Source: Gemmatimonadota bacterium (lineage in GTDB: Bacteria > Gemmatimonadota > Gemmatimonadetes > Gemmatimonadales > GWC2-71-9). Taken from it: 64,000 nucleotides of DNA. The stretch covers positions 658-64,657 of the forward strand of contig JBDHLU010000002.1 in NCBI GenBank assembly GCA_039656555.1, written 5' to 3'. Below the pieces are notes generated by a model. That model worked only from the letters and a program-made list of their open reading frames with translations. It was not told where the DNA came from and made no database searches. Position 1 is the first letter of the stretch; every line of letters starts with the position of its first letter. Positions 30,352 to 39,004 of this stretch are shown here, piece by piece. The translations under genes and the position numbers were made by a program.

Positions 30352-31217
30352 CCCGAACGCTCCTTGTCCTCTGCGGATTGCTGATAACGGTCGCCGATCT
30401 TGTCAAAGGGCAGGCTCAACGTCCTCGCACTGAGATCTATGAGTTCGCCGCCGCCGCCAACGACGCGCGCGCAATCTGGGTGAATCCAGCCGGATTGGGC
30501 GCAGTGCTGGAGGCCTCCGTTATGGGAGAAGTGGTGCTTGAATGGGACGAAACGGACAAGACACGAATGAGTCAGTGGATGCTTGGCTTCAACTCACACG
30601 GTCTGGGTTTCGCGTATCAGCGCGACCGGTTCGTCGACGATCCGACCACTCCAACCGAAGATTCGCGCTCCGTGGATGCGTTCCGCCTGGGTGTCAGCCT
30701 CCCATTTGAGAAAGGCGAGTTGGGCGGATCAGCCACGATGTACCGTGGGGGCGACGAAGACACCCAATGGGGATGGGACATCGGGCTACGATACGGACTC
30801 GGTTCGAAGCTCACCTTGGCCGGCGTTCTCCGAAACATCGGGCGTCCTGTAGCCCTGGACGTCCCAATTCCTTTTGGCGGAACGGTAGGGTTCACTTGGC
30901 TTCCAGCGCCAACCATCTTGGAGATATCGGCTGAGGTCCAGCTTGCGGAGCGCATCGCCTCATCTGGCATAGATGCGCTCTACCGCGGGGGCATCAGGTT
31001 TTCGCCGTCAGCTGAATTCCCGTTCACCCTTTTTACGGCACTTTCACTTGGCAGCGCGTTTCGGTTCGATCAGTGGGCACTCGGCGTGTCGTTTGGGAAG
31101 AAGGCCCGCGGAGTCGTCGTCGCCTCCGGACCTGTCGACTCCGGTTCCATAGGGTTCGATAGGTTCAGCATGGCTGGCGTCGTGAGCCACACTGCGGTGC
31201 GCCCCCCCCGACCCTAG
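30348..31217 (+). CDS. Hypothetical outer-membrane beta-barrel-like protein (FadL/PorV-like N-terminal NPAG motif)
   Basis: ATGA overlap with the upstream lipoprotein gene. Signal peptide, AIWVNPAGLG motif, and an alternating strand-like pattern. Confidence 0.5.
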   Translation: MTRTLLVLCGLLITVADLVKGQAQRPRTEIYEFAAAANDARAIWVNPAGLGAVLEASVMGEVVLEWDETDKTRMSQWMLGFNSHGLGFAYQRDRFVDDPTTPTEDSRSVDAFRLGVSLPFEKGELGGSATMYRGGDEDTQWGWDIGLRYGLGSKLTLAGVLRNIGRPVALDVPIPFGGTVGFTWLPAPTILEISAEVQLAERIASSGIDALYRGGIRFSPSAEFPFTLFTALSLGSAFRFDQWALGVSFGKKARGVVVASGPVDSGSIGFDRFSMAGVVSHTAVRPPRP

Positions 31218-31236
31218 CAAAACCCCACCTCGTCGG

Positions 31237-32352
31237 CTAGTCGACGAGACGCAGCGGCATTACCAGACACATGTACGAGGCTGGATCGTCCCACCCAACA
31301 GGTTCGAGTGTTGCAGCGCGTTCCGGTGCCTTGAAGGTCATCCGCACCTCGTCCGTCGGCATGTACTTCAGAATCTCGAGCAGGTAGTTCGCGTTGAAAC
31401 CGATCTCGAGCGGTTCACCGTCGTAGGTTACCGCGATTTCGTCCTGCGCTTCGCCCAGGTCAGGTGTGTTCACACTGAACCGTAGAGATCCCTTGGTAAA
31501 CTCGAGCCGGACGCGGTGTGTTTGATCGCTTGCTACGATACCTACGCGTCGAAGCGCCGCAGCCATCGTAGATTTTTCCGCCGTACATTCCCGGTCGTTC
31601 TCCTTGGGAATGACCTGCTCGTAGCTTGGGTAGGGTCCTTCAATCAACCGCGTGAACACCAGTGTATTCCCACTCCGGAAGCCCAGGTGGTTGTCGCTTC
31701 TGGCCACTTCGAGCTCATCGGAGGGCCCAAAGAGCCGACGGACCTGTTCCAATGCCTTGGGAGGCAGAATGAGGTCAGCGGAGGAGTCGGGCCCGGTCGC
31801 TGGAATATCCATCTTGGCCAACCGGTGGCCATTCGTTGCAACCATTCGCATCTGGTCGCTTCTCAACTCCCACAACACACCATTGAGAATCGGGCGACTC
31901 TCTTCGGTGGATGAAGCAAAGCTCACATGACTAATGAGCTTGACGATATCAGTGGCTGTGATCATCCACGGACTGTCGAAACTCACCGCTGGGAAGTTGG
32001 GGAACTCCTCTTTTGAAATGCCGAGCAGTTTGAACTTCGAGCGACCGCATTCGAGACTTACGCGCTGTTCGCCCGATCCAGTAACGCGAATCGCCGCTGA
32101 CGGCAGTTCCTTGACAATGTCAACGAGCTTTTTGGCAGGAACCGTCACCGATCCGGGCGCATCGATTTCCGCTGGGACTATGGTGCTGACAGCGATATCG
32201 AGATCGGTTGCCGAAAGGCGTATACCCTCATCGGTCGTTTCGATCAGGATGTTGGCAAGAACAGGAAGCGTGGTCTTGGATGGTACCGTGGCTGCAACTG
32301 CAACCAATCCTTCCTGGAGACGTTCCCGCGTGATTGTGAACTTCATGGCCAA
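31237..32352 (-). CDS. dnaN: DNA polymerase III beta sliding clamp
   Basis: 371 aa. MKFTITRERLQEGLVAVAATVPSKTTLPVLANILIE... Positioned immediately downstream of dnaA. Confidence 0.95.
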   Translation of the reverse strand: MAMKFTITRERLQEGLVAVAATVPSKTTLPVLANILIETTDEGIRLSATDLDIAVSTIVPAEIDAPGSVTVPAKKLVDIVKELPSAAIRVTGSGEQRVSLECGRSKFKLLGISKEEFPNFPAVSFDSPWMITATDIVKLISHVSFASSTEESRPILNGVLWELRSDQMRMVATNGHRLAKMDIPATGPDSSADLILPPKALEQVRRLFGPSDELEVARSDNHLGFRSGNTLVFTRLIEGPYPSYEQVIPKENDRECTAEKSTMAAALRRVGIVASDQTHRVRLEFTKGSLRFSVNTPDLGEAQDEIAVTYDGEPLEIGFNANYLLEILKYMPTDEVRMTFKAPERAATLEPVGWDDPASYMCLVMPLRLVD

Positions 32353-32378
32353 TCTCTAATGCTTAGATGGGGAAAGAA

Positions 32379-32422
32379 TCTACTACTACTCCTTGATATA
32401 CCTAACTAGTAGTAGTAGTAGA
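32379..32422. repeat. Perfect 12-bp inverted repeat made of trinucleotide repeats in the dnaA-dnaN spacer
   Basis: TCTACTACTACT (32379-32390) pairs with AGTAGTAGTAGA (32411-32422) around a 20-nt AT-rich loop. The right arm extends to (TAG)5 at 32407-32421, so slipped registers are possible. Confidence 0.8.
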
Positions 32423-32580
32423 GGGTGTACAAAACTTGATAACCTAAGGCGCGCCAGAAATTACGGGCAACATCGGTTCTCGCGGGATGTGTAACTCTGG
32501 GCAAAGCTGTGGACGGACCGTCGAAACATGACAGGTTTTCCAAGCTTCCACGACCACTCAACAATCGATCTCCACACACG

Positions 32581-33969
32581 TTAAGAAGTCACCGCGAGTT
32601 CACGCCGGGCGAGGTCGACACGATCGCGGAATCTGCGATCATGTCCCATTTCTTTTTGGACCTTGCCGAGACTGTGGATCACCGTGGAGTGATCGCGCCC
32701 TCCAAAAGCCTGGCCGATCTCGACGAGCTGCATGCCGAGAAGTTCACGGGCCAAGAACATGGCCACCTGGCGGGGCACGGTTAGCGTGCGTGTGCGCGCT
32801 TTCGATCGGAGACCCTCGGGGGTCACGCCCCACCGGCGGGCTACTACTTCCTGCACGCGATCCACGCTTGGTAGGCTCTGTGCAGTTGGGCCACTCTCAC
32901 CACCGGCCTGTTTGATCTTGTCGGCCAGCGCGTCGCGGGCCAGCTCGATCGACACTTCCCGATGTTTGAGGGAGGCAAAAAGCAGAAGTTTGATGATGCA
33001 TCCCTCGAGTTCCCGTACGGAACTCCGGATGTGTTCTGCAATGAACCGCAGCACATCATCCGGGATCGTAAGTTCGAGATGGTCTTGCTCGGCTTTCTTG
33101 CGGAGAATGGCGATACGGTGCTCTAGATCCGGTTGCCCGATGTCGGCCACCATGCCCCACTCGAAACGCGACACCAGTCGCCGTTCCAGGCCCGGAATCT
33201 CATTGGGTGCCCGATCCGACGTCAGGACGATCTGTTTTCCCGCCTCGTGCAGCGCGTTGAATGTGTGGAAGAACTCCTCTTGGGTCATTTCCTTGCCCTC
33301 GAGGAAATGCACGTCATCAACAAGGAAGATGTCGATGCCGGATCGGTACTGCTTCCGGAATTCTGCCATCGTCCGTCGGTGGATGGATTCGATGACCTCG
33401 TTGATGAACTGCTCGGCCCCCATGTAAACGACTCGGGATTCTGGGTTGTTCTCCACCAAAGCGTGGGCAACAGCTTGCATCAGGTGCGTCTTCCCGAGGC
33501 CGGTCTGCCCGTAGATGAACAGTGGGTTGTAGGTCGTCCCAGGGGCTTCGGCTACAGCGTGTGCGGCGGCGCTGGCCAGCTCATTGGATTTGCCGATCAC
33601 GAAGCTTTCGAAATGGTACCGCTCGTTGAGCGGTCGAGTGTTGCGCCGCCTCTGCCGAGAAGGGGGGCTGTCACGAGGCGGCGCAACGAAGAAGTCCATT
33701 TGCGGGCGTCGGGAGCGCTCCTCTTGGACCTGGAAGACGATCTCTAGGGGCATCCCGAATCGCTCCACCGCAATTCGAGAAAGCAGCGCAGCGTGTTTTG
33801 ATTGGTTCCATTCGACCGCGAACTGATCGGGTGCACCCACGATCAGCCGCCCATCTTTCAGCTCAACCGGTTCTGTCGGGTCGAGCCAAGTGCGTACGGT
33901 CGGCTCGGGTAACTCCGAGCGCACAGCTTCGAGTAAGCTGGTCCATGCTTGTTGTGCTGACAGTTGCAT
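32581..33969 (-). CDS. dnaA: Chromosomal replication initiator DnaA
   Basis: ATG 33969 (MQLSAQQAWTSLLEAVR...); the track ORF extends to TTG 34008. Walker A GQTGLGKTHL, Walker B FLVDDVHFL, and the C-terminal DNA-binding signature VEIGQAFGGRDHSTVIHS. Confidence 0.95.
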   Translation of the reverse strand: MQLSAQQAWTSLLEAVRSELPEPTVRTWLDPTEPVELKDGRLIVGAPDQFAVEWNQSKHAALLSRIAVERFGMPLEIVFQVQEERSRRPQMDFFVAPPRDSPPSRQRRRNTRPLNERYHFESFVIGKSNELASAAAHAVAEAPGTTYNPLFIYGQTGLGKTHLMQAVAHALVENNPESRVVYMGAEQFINEVIESIHRRTMAEFRKQYRSGIDIFLVDDVHFLEGKEMTQEEFFHTFNALHEAGKQIVLTSDRAPNEIPGLERRLVSRFEWGMVADIGQPDLEHRIAILRKKAEQDHLELTIPDDVLRFIAEHIRSSVRELEGCIIKLLLFASLKHREVSIELARDALADKIKQAGGESGPTAQSLPSVDRVQEVVARRWGVTPEGLRSKARTRTLTVPRQVAMFLARELLGMQLVEIGQAFGGRDHSTVIHSLGKVQKEMGHDRRFRDRVDLARRELAVTS

Positions 33970-34026
33970 TTTTTGCTGCGAAACAGCGGTAGGTCGTTCA
34001 AAGGGCAAGCGATGTTACCCCGCGGA

Positions 34027-34035
34027 TGTGGAAAA
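34027..34035. promoter_or_regulatory. DnaA box (8 of 9 match) in the dnaA/rpmH divergent spacer
   Basis: TGTGGAAAA versus consensus TGTGGATAA. Lies 58 nt upstream of the dnaA ATG at 33969. Confidence 0.5.
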
Positions 34036-34118
34036 GTCAACCTTGACCCGTCACGCCTTGCCCAACTAGCTTTCGGCCCGCTTTTCAGCTGGGTTTTTGA
34101 CAGGACTATTATTGAGTA

Positions 34119-34280
34119 ATGAAGCGTACATACCAACCGCACAATAAGCGGCGAGTTCGCAAGCATGGGTTCCGAGCGCGTATGAGCACCCGATGGGGTA
34201 GGGCGGTGCTCAGCAAGCGTCGCAAGAAGGGCCGGAAGCGCCTCGCGGTCAGTCCTCCTTCGAAACACGGAGGGAGTTGA
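34119..34280 (+). CDS. rpmH: 50S ribosomal protein L34
   Basis: Hand-translated, because it is below the ORF-track length cutoff: [53 protein letters not shown]. The TGA at 34278-34280 overlaps the rnpA TTG start. Confidence 0.9.
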   Translation: MKRTYQPHNKRRVRKHGFRARMSTRWGRAVLSKRRKKGRKRLAVSPPSKHGGS

Positions 34281-34621
34281 AGCCCGAGGGGCTTCCTCGG
34301 GGCTGGCGCTTGACGCGCACCTCAGACCTGACGGCGGTCCAGCGTAGCGGCCGCCGCCGCCGTACTCCCCGAATGGACATCTGCTGGCGTGCCAACGATC
34401 TCGGGCATCCGCGATTGGGGCTGATCGTCCCGCTTCACGGACACACGCACGTTGCCCGCAACCTATTGCGCAGGAGGCTTAGAGAGATTGCTCGTCGAGA
34501 GGTCTTGCCGGCCGTTCCCTCAGTCGATCTGGTCATTAGATCGAAACCCCCAGCCCACGCGGCTGGGGTAACCGCGCTTTGCGCAGATCTCAAGGCATGG
34601 GCCCGCACACTCACGCAATAG
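34277..34621 (+). CDS. rnpA: RNase P protein component
   Basis: 114 aa and basic, with [28 protein letters not shown] (RNR-like motif). Canonical position after rpmH. Confidence 0.85.
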   Translation: MKPEGLPRGWRLTRTSDLTAVQRSGRRRRTPRMDICWRANDLGHPRLGLIVPLHGHTHVARNLLRRRLREIARREVLPAVPSVDLVIRSKPPAHAAGVTALCADLKAWARTLTQ

Positions 34622-34842
34622 TCCGCGCGCCGCGATTGGCGGTGGTTGGGCTCATCCGTCTCTACCAGGTGCTCGCCTCGCCATTTCCGTCACCGTGTCG
34701 CTATTCACCGAGTTGTTCCATGTATGCCAAAGAGGCAGTCGGTCAGCATGGTGTCTTGCGGGGTGGGTGGTTAGGCCTGAAACGTATTTTTCGCTGTCAC
34801 CCATTTGGGTCCAGCGGGTACGATCCGGTTCCGAAACTGTAG
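34597..34842 (+). CDS. yidD: Membrane protein insertion efficiency factor YidD
   Basis: [30 protein letters not shown]...[15 protein letters not shown]. The ATG 34597 chosen here overlaps the rnpA 3' end. Confidence 0.85.
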   Translation: MGPHTHAIVRAPRLAVVGLIRLYQVLASPFPSPCRYSPSCSMYAKEAVGQHGVLRGGWLGLKRIFRCHPFGSSGYDPVPKL

Positions 34843-36498
34843 ATGGATAGACGAACCGGTCTAGCCGTCATGTTAATGCTGATCGTGGCTATTCTGCCTG
34901 CGATCCTGTTCCCGCCCGCAAAGCGACCACCGCCGGGAGCCGAAGCGGATTCACTTTCGGTTGTCGACACGCAGATTGCCGAGTTGGCAAACGCCCCGGC
35001 CGTCGTGGTCCCTGCTCGGGAACCCGAGCCTGTGCCGATTCCGGTCGATACTACGAAACCTGAGCGGCTCATCACCGTCGAATCACCGTTGTACCGGTGG
35101 GTATTTTCCACTACCGGGGCGCGCATGGTCACTGCCGACCTCAAGGCGTATCAGACGTTTGCGCCCAACGACTCCGGAATGGCGCAACTGCTCCCACCAG
35201 GATCGAGTTTCTTGGACTACGGCCTGCTCTTCGGAAGTGACACGATTCCGATCAACAACTGGCAGTTCGAGCCCGATCAATCCCAGGTAGCGATCTACGA
35301 GGGAGGCACTGGCGTCCTTCGCTGGACCGCGACGCGCGGGCCCCTGACGATCAATCTCGAGTACTCATTCCGCGCAGACGACTACTTGTTCGACATTCGC
35401 GGGGAGTTGGTTGGCACGGAGGCAAGCGGTGTGCTACTGGTGGGGCTCGCACCCGGGATCAACCAGGTCGAGGCAGACAGCACCGACAACTATCGGTCGT
35501 TTGGTGTCGTTACCAAGGCGAACAAGACCGACAACCTCAAATTCAGTTCTTTGGACCCCGGGGAACGGCGTGCCCTGGATGGGCCGTTCGAATGGCTGGC
35601 CGTCAAATCGAAGTATTTCGTGGTGGCCGTGATGGCGCTGGACGAAGGCCGGCCACAGTTCGGCGGAGCGATTGCCACGGGAGGGCCCCGTGCGGGCAAA
35701 ACGGCCATACACACGGACGTGGTTGCCTCGCTGCCGGCGCCGGGCGGCGCGTTTTCATTGGCGGCTTTCGTTGGGCCACAGGAATTCCGCCGTTTGCAAC
35801 AGGTTGGGCACGATTTTGAGGACATCGATCCGTACGGATGGATTCTCCGTCCGATCATCCGGCCGGTCGCGAACCTCATCGTGATCGTCTTGCTGTGGAC
35901 GCACGAGAGATTGAGCCTCGAGTACGGATGGGTGTTGGTGTTGTTCGGGCTGGCGGTACGTGTTGTGTTGTGGCCGCTGAACCAAAAGGCCATGCGCTCG
36001 AGCATGGCGATGCAGGCCATTCAACCCGAGATCAAAGCTCTGCAGGAGCGACTCAAGAGTGACCCGCAGAAGCTGCAGCAAGAAATGATGAAGCTGTACA
36101 AAGAACATCAGGTGAACCCGCTCGGCGGGTGTCTGCCATTGCTCATTCCCATGCCTGTGCTGTTTGCGCTATTCTTCGTGTTCAGGGAGACGATCCAATT
36201 TCGCGGCGCCCCGTTCCTCTGGTTACCTGACCTTTCGCGGGCAGACCCGTTGTACATCATCCCGATCATCATGGGGGTTTCGATGTATGCCGTAATGAAA
36301 ATCGGTCAGCGCGGTGTCCCACCCAATCCGCAGACCAAAATGATGCTCTACTTCATGCCTGCCTTCATGACGTTCATCTTCTTGCGGCTCGCGTCGGGTT
36401 TGAACCTGTACTACGCCGTTTCGAACATCGCGAGCATTCCCCAGCAGTGGCTCATCTCGCAGGAACGAATGCGGCGCCAAGGGAAAACCAAGAGCTGA
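34843..36498 (+). CDS. yidC: Membrane protein insertase YidC
   Basis: 551 aa with an N-terminal TM, a large periplasmic domain, and the C-terminal 60-kDa IMP core (...NPLGGCLPLLIPMPVLFALFFVF...LNLYYAVSNIASIPQQ). Confidence 0.9.
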   Translation: MDRRTGLAVMLMLIVAILPAILFPPAKRPPPGAEADSLSVVDTQIAELANAPAVVVPAREPEPVPIPVDTTKPERLITVESPLYRWVFSTTGARMVTADLKAYQTFAPNDSGMAQLLPPGSSFLDYGLLFGSDTIPINNWQFEPDQSQVAIYEGGTGVLRWTATRGPLTINLEYSFRADDYLFDIRGELVGTEASGVLLVGLAPGINQVEADSTDNYRSFGVVTKANKTDNLKFSSLDPGERRALDGPFEWLAVKSKYFVVAVMALDEGRPQFGGAIATGGPRAGKTAIHTDVVASLPAPGGAFSLAAFVGPQEFRRLQQVGHDFEDIDPYGWILRPIIRPVANLIVIVLLWTHERLSLEYGWVLVLFGLAVRVVLWPLNQKAMRSSMAMQAIQPEIKALQERLKSDPQKLQQEMMKLYKEHQVNPLGGCLPLLIPMPVLFALFFVFRETIQFRGAPFLWLPDLSRADPLYIIPIIMGVSMYAVMKIGQRGVPPNPQTKMMLYFMPAFMTFIFLRLASGLNLYYAVSNIASIPQQWLISQERMRRQGKTKS

Positions 36499-36542
36499 TC
36501 GCAGTCTGACGCGCTTCGGTTGGCACGTCTACCTTCTGTACA

Positions 36543-37880
36543 ATGTTGACAGACGTGATCGCCGCGCAGTCCACACCGCCTGGACGGTCGGCAGTTGCAC
36601 TCCTCAGGCTATCCGGAGCGGGAAGTCACGAACTCGCCGCACGCGTGCTCGATCCGTTCACGGCGCATCCCTTCCGGTGCGCGCGGCTCAGTTCCCTCCA
36701 CCGCATTGGGACCGACGAGACCATAGACAGTGTCCTCTACGTGACCTACCAAGGGCACCGTTCCTACACGGGTGAGGACGTAGTCGAGATCTCAACGCAC
36801 GGCGGCATGCTGGTCCCGCTCGAGTGCCTGAACGCCATTCTGGATGCTGGGGCCCGGCTGGCGGCCCAAGGTGAATTCACGCGCCGAGCCCTGCAGAATG
36901 GGAAACTTGATTTGCTTCAGGCCGAGGCGATTGGGGACCTCATAGACGCCACCGCTCCCGCCCAGCGCCGCGCGGCTATCGATCAGCTCGACCGAGGGCT
37001 CTCGGAACGCATTGGCGATCTTAGAGCCGACGTCCTAGAGCTCGAGGCACTGGTTTCCTACGACATCGATTTTCCAGAAGAAGACAGCGGTCCGGTACCC
37101 CCCGATCGCGTCGATCACGCCATCGACGCCGTGTCGGAGGCTTTGGGCAAGCTCATGAAGTCCGCTGGGGAGGGGGAACGCCTGAGAGAGGGGGCCTTAG
37201 CGGTTATCGCCGGCCGGCCCAATGCCGGAAAGTCCTCATTGTTCAACGCGCTGCTCGGCACGCAGCGTGCGATCGTCACCGAGGTGCCTGGTACGACGCG
37301 AGACGCGATCGAGGCTCCTGCCAACTGTGGAGGGTTTCCGTTTCGCCTCGTGGACACAGCGGGGCTGCGGGATACCGTCGACTCCGTGGAGAAAATTGGC
37401 GTCGAGGTTAGTCGAAAGTACCTGGCTGCGGCGGATGTCGTGTTGTTCTGCGCGGAGGTTGGCCGTGAACTGGACGACGACGAGCAGAGCTTCCTGGCTG
37501 AGACCGAGGTGCCCACCATTCTCATCCGAACGAAGTCGGACCTCGCGGCTCACAAACCGGGTGAGGCGCTTTGTGTCTCGGCTCCCACCGGGGAGGGCAT
37601 CGACACGCTCCGTGAGGAATTGGCGCGGGTGGCATTCACCTCATTGGTCGCTGACGGGAACGTGCACACTGTGCTGACGCGAGAGCGGCATCGGCGGGCG
37701 GTGGCGGAGGCCTTGAGCGAAATAGAGTTGTTTGCGCGTGCCAGGAAGGACGGGCTCGAAATGGTAGTGGCGGCGACCCATCTCCGCGCGGCCGTGACCG
37801 CGCTGGATCAGGTGATAGGAACGGTCTCGACCGACGACGTGCTGGACGTCGTCTTCGCAACGTTTTGTGTAGGAAAGTGA
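36543..37880 (+). CDS. mnmE: tRNA modification GTPase MnmE (TrmE)
   Basis: G1 GRPNAGKSSL, DTAGLR, and the C-terminal CVGK tetrapeptide. Confidence 0.95.
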   Translation: MLTDVIAAQSTPPGRSAVALLRLSGAGSHELAARVLDPFTAHPFRCARLSSLHRIGTDETIDSVLYVTYQGHRSYTGEDVVEISTHGGMLVPLECLNAILDAGARLAAQGEFTRRALQNGKLDLLQAEAIGDLIDATAPAQRRAAIDQLDRGLSERIGDLRADVLELEALVSYDIDFPEEDSGPVPPDRVDHAIDAVSEALGKLMKSAGEGERLREGALAVIAGRPNAGKSSLFNALLGTQRAIVTEVPGTTRDAIEAPANCGGFPFRLVDTAGLRDTVDSVEKIGVEVSRKYLAAADVVLFCAEVGRELDDDEQSFLAETEVPTILIRTKSDLAAHKPGEALCVSAPTGEGIDTLREELARVAFTSLVADGNVHTVLTRERHRRAVAEALSEIELFARARKDGLEMVVAATHLRAAVTALDQVIGTVSTDDVLDVVFATFCVGK

Positions 37881-37881
37881 T

Positions 37882-38826
37882 CTAGGCGGTCTGAATGCCA
37901 GAGGAATAACCCCCAACATCCACAAAATCTGAGGCCGATGCGCGGAGTGCCTTCCCGATCCCATCGCGCTCCACAAGTCCCTCCACCATCCGCTGCCCAA
38001 GGTAGTACCCAGCACGTTCGGGAATCACCTTGCCACCCACGATCCGTTGATTGGCGGCCACGCCCCCCGAGAGATACCGCAACCGATATCCCAACCCACG
38101 GTGATCGAGTTCATCCTCGATCTCCCGCGTGAGGAACGATTCGAGTTGGCGGAGGCGGCGGTACTGGCGCCTCGCGTATCCCAAATAGTCCCAGGGCTCG
38201 AACCCGGGCACTGCCAGCTGCGAGGCCGTAACGGCGAGTCCTTCATTGACAAGCAATTCACGCAAAGTGGCGCGACTTCCAGTCTCCCAGTAGTCGTAGT
38301 ACCCATCCAGGTCTCGGACAATGGTCGCGAGTTCGCTATCGCTTTTGGGCGAGGTGTAGCGCACCGTGTGGGCGATTTCGTGAGCAATCCAGGGTGCGAT
38401 GAGGTCCGGCCGAAGGCCCAATCCCAGTGTCTCGTGATTGGGGCGGCCGGTGAAATGCTCCACACAGACAAAAGCCACGCCCCGGCCGTTGACGACGAGC
38501 TCGCCGGCATTGGCACCGCCCACTCCAACGGTCACGTATACGTCGAATGGTTGATCGATCTCGAATGCGTCTTCGCAGCGTTGGATCGTTTCTTCCGCCA
38601 CGGCGTTTAAGTCGACGTTGTCCATTAGGGCGAGAAGGTCGCGGCGATTCGCGCGTACCGCACGGCGCATCACTTCTTCGGCGTGCGAACTGTCCAAGTC
38701 GAGGATGTAATTGTGCCAGTAGGCGGAGAGCACGGCATGGTGCCGTTCGAGATAGTGCCGATACGCCTCCAAAGGATTCGCGGCATGCGTGGCGTCGAGA
38801 AACTCGGGGACGAGATTAACGAGCAT
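37882..38826 (-). CDS. Putative Zn-dependent protease (DUF2268-like)
   Basis: HEIAH zincin motif (WIAHEIAHTVRY). ATG 38826 (MLVNLVPEFLD...) is preferred. The ORF is open to 38940, which would add a Cys/His-rich extension. Confidence 0.6.
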   Translation of the reverse strand: MLVNLVPEFLDATHAANPLEAYRHYLERHHAVLSAYWHNYILDLDSSHAEEVMRRAVRANRRDLLALMDNVDLNAVAEETIQRCEDAFEIDQPFDVYVTVGVGGANAGELVVNGRGVAFVCVEHFTGRPNHETLGLGLRPDLIAPWIAHEIAHTVRYTSPKSDSELATIVRDLDGYYDYWETGSRATLRELLVNEGLAVTASQLAVPGFEPWDYLGYARRQYRRLRQLESFLTREIEDELDHRGLGYRLRYLSGGVAANQRIVGGKVIPERAGYYLGQRMVEGLVERDGIGKALRASASDFVDVGGYSSGIQTA

Positions 38827-39004
38827 TGGAGGCGCCAACAATTTGTGATGCTCATGGTTGCAACACAAGCCCTCATTGCAGTAACAACCGCTCGAGAGGC
38901 TTCGCCTGTTTGGGAAGGAAGCCGTGGAAGACGATCTCATCGATCGCTATGGCATTGGGTGACTCGCCAAGGAGGCGGATGTGGAGGTGATGTCGCCTTG
39001 TCAG

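Noticed and set aside
32353-32580. A confident oriC call for the dnaA-dnaN spacer
   Set aside because: Only 7 of 9 DnaA-box matches are present and GC skew cannot be evaluated on a 64-kb window. I kept it as a hypothesis in the findings rather than as a feature.
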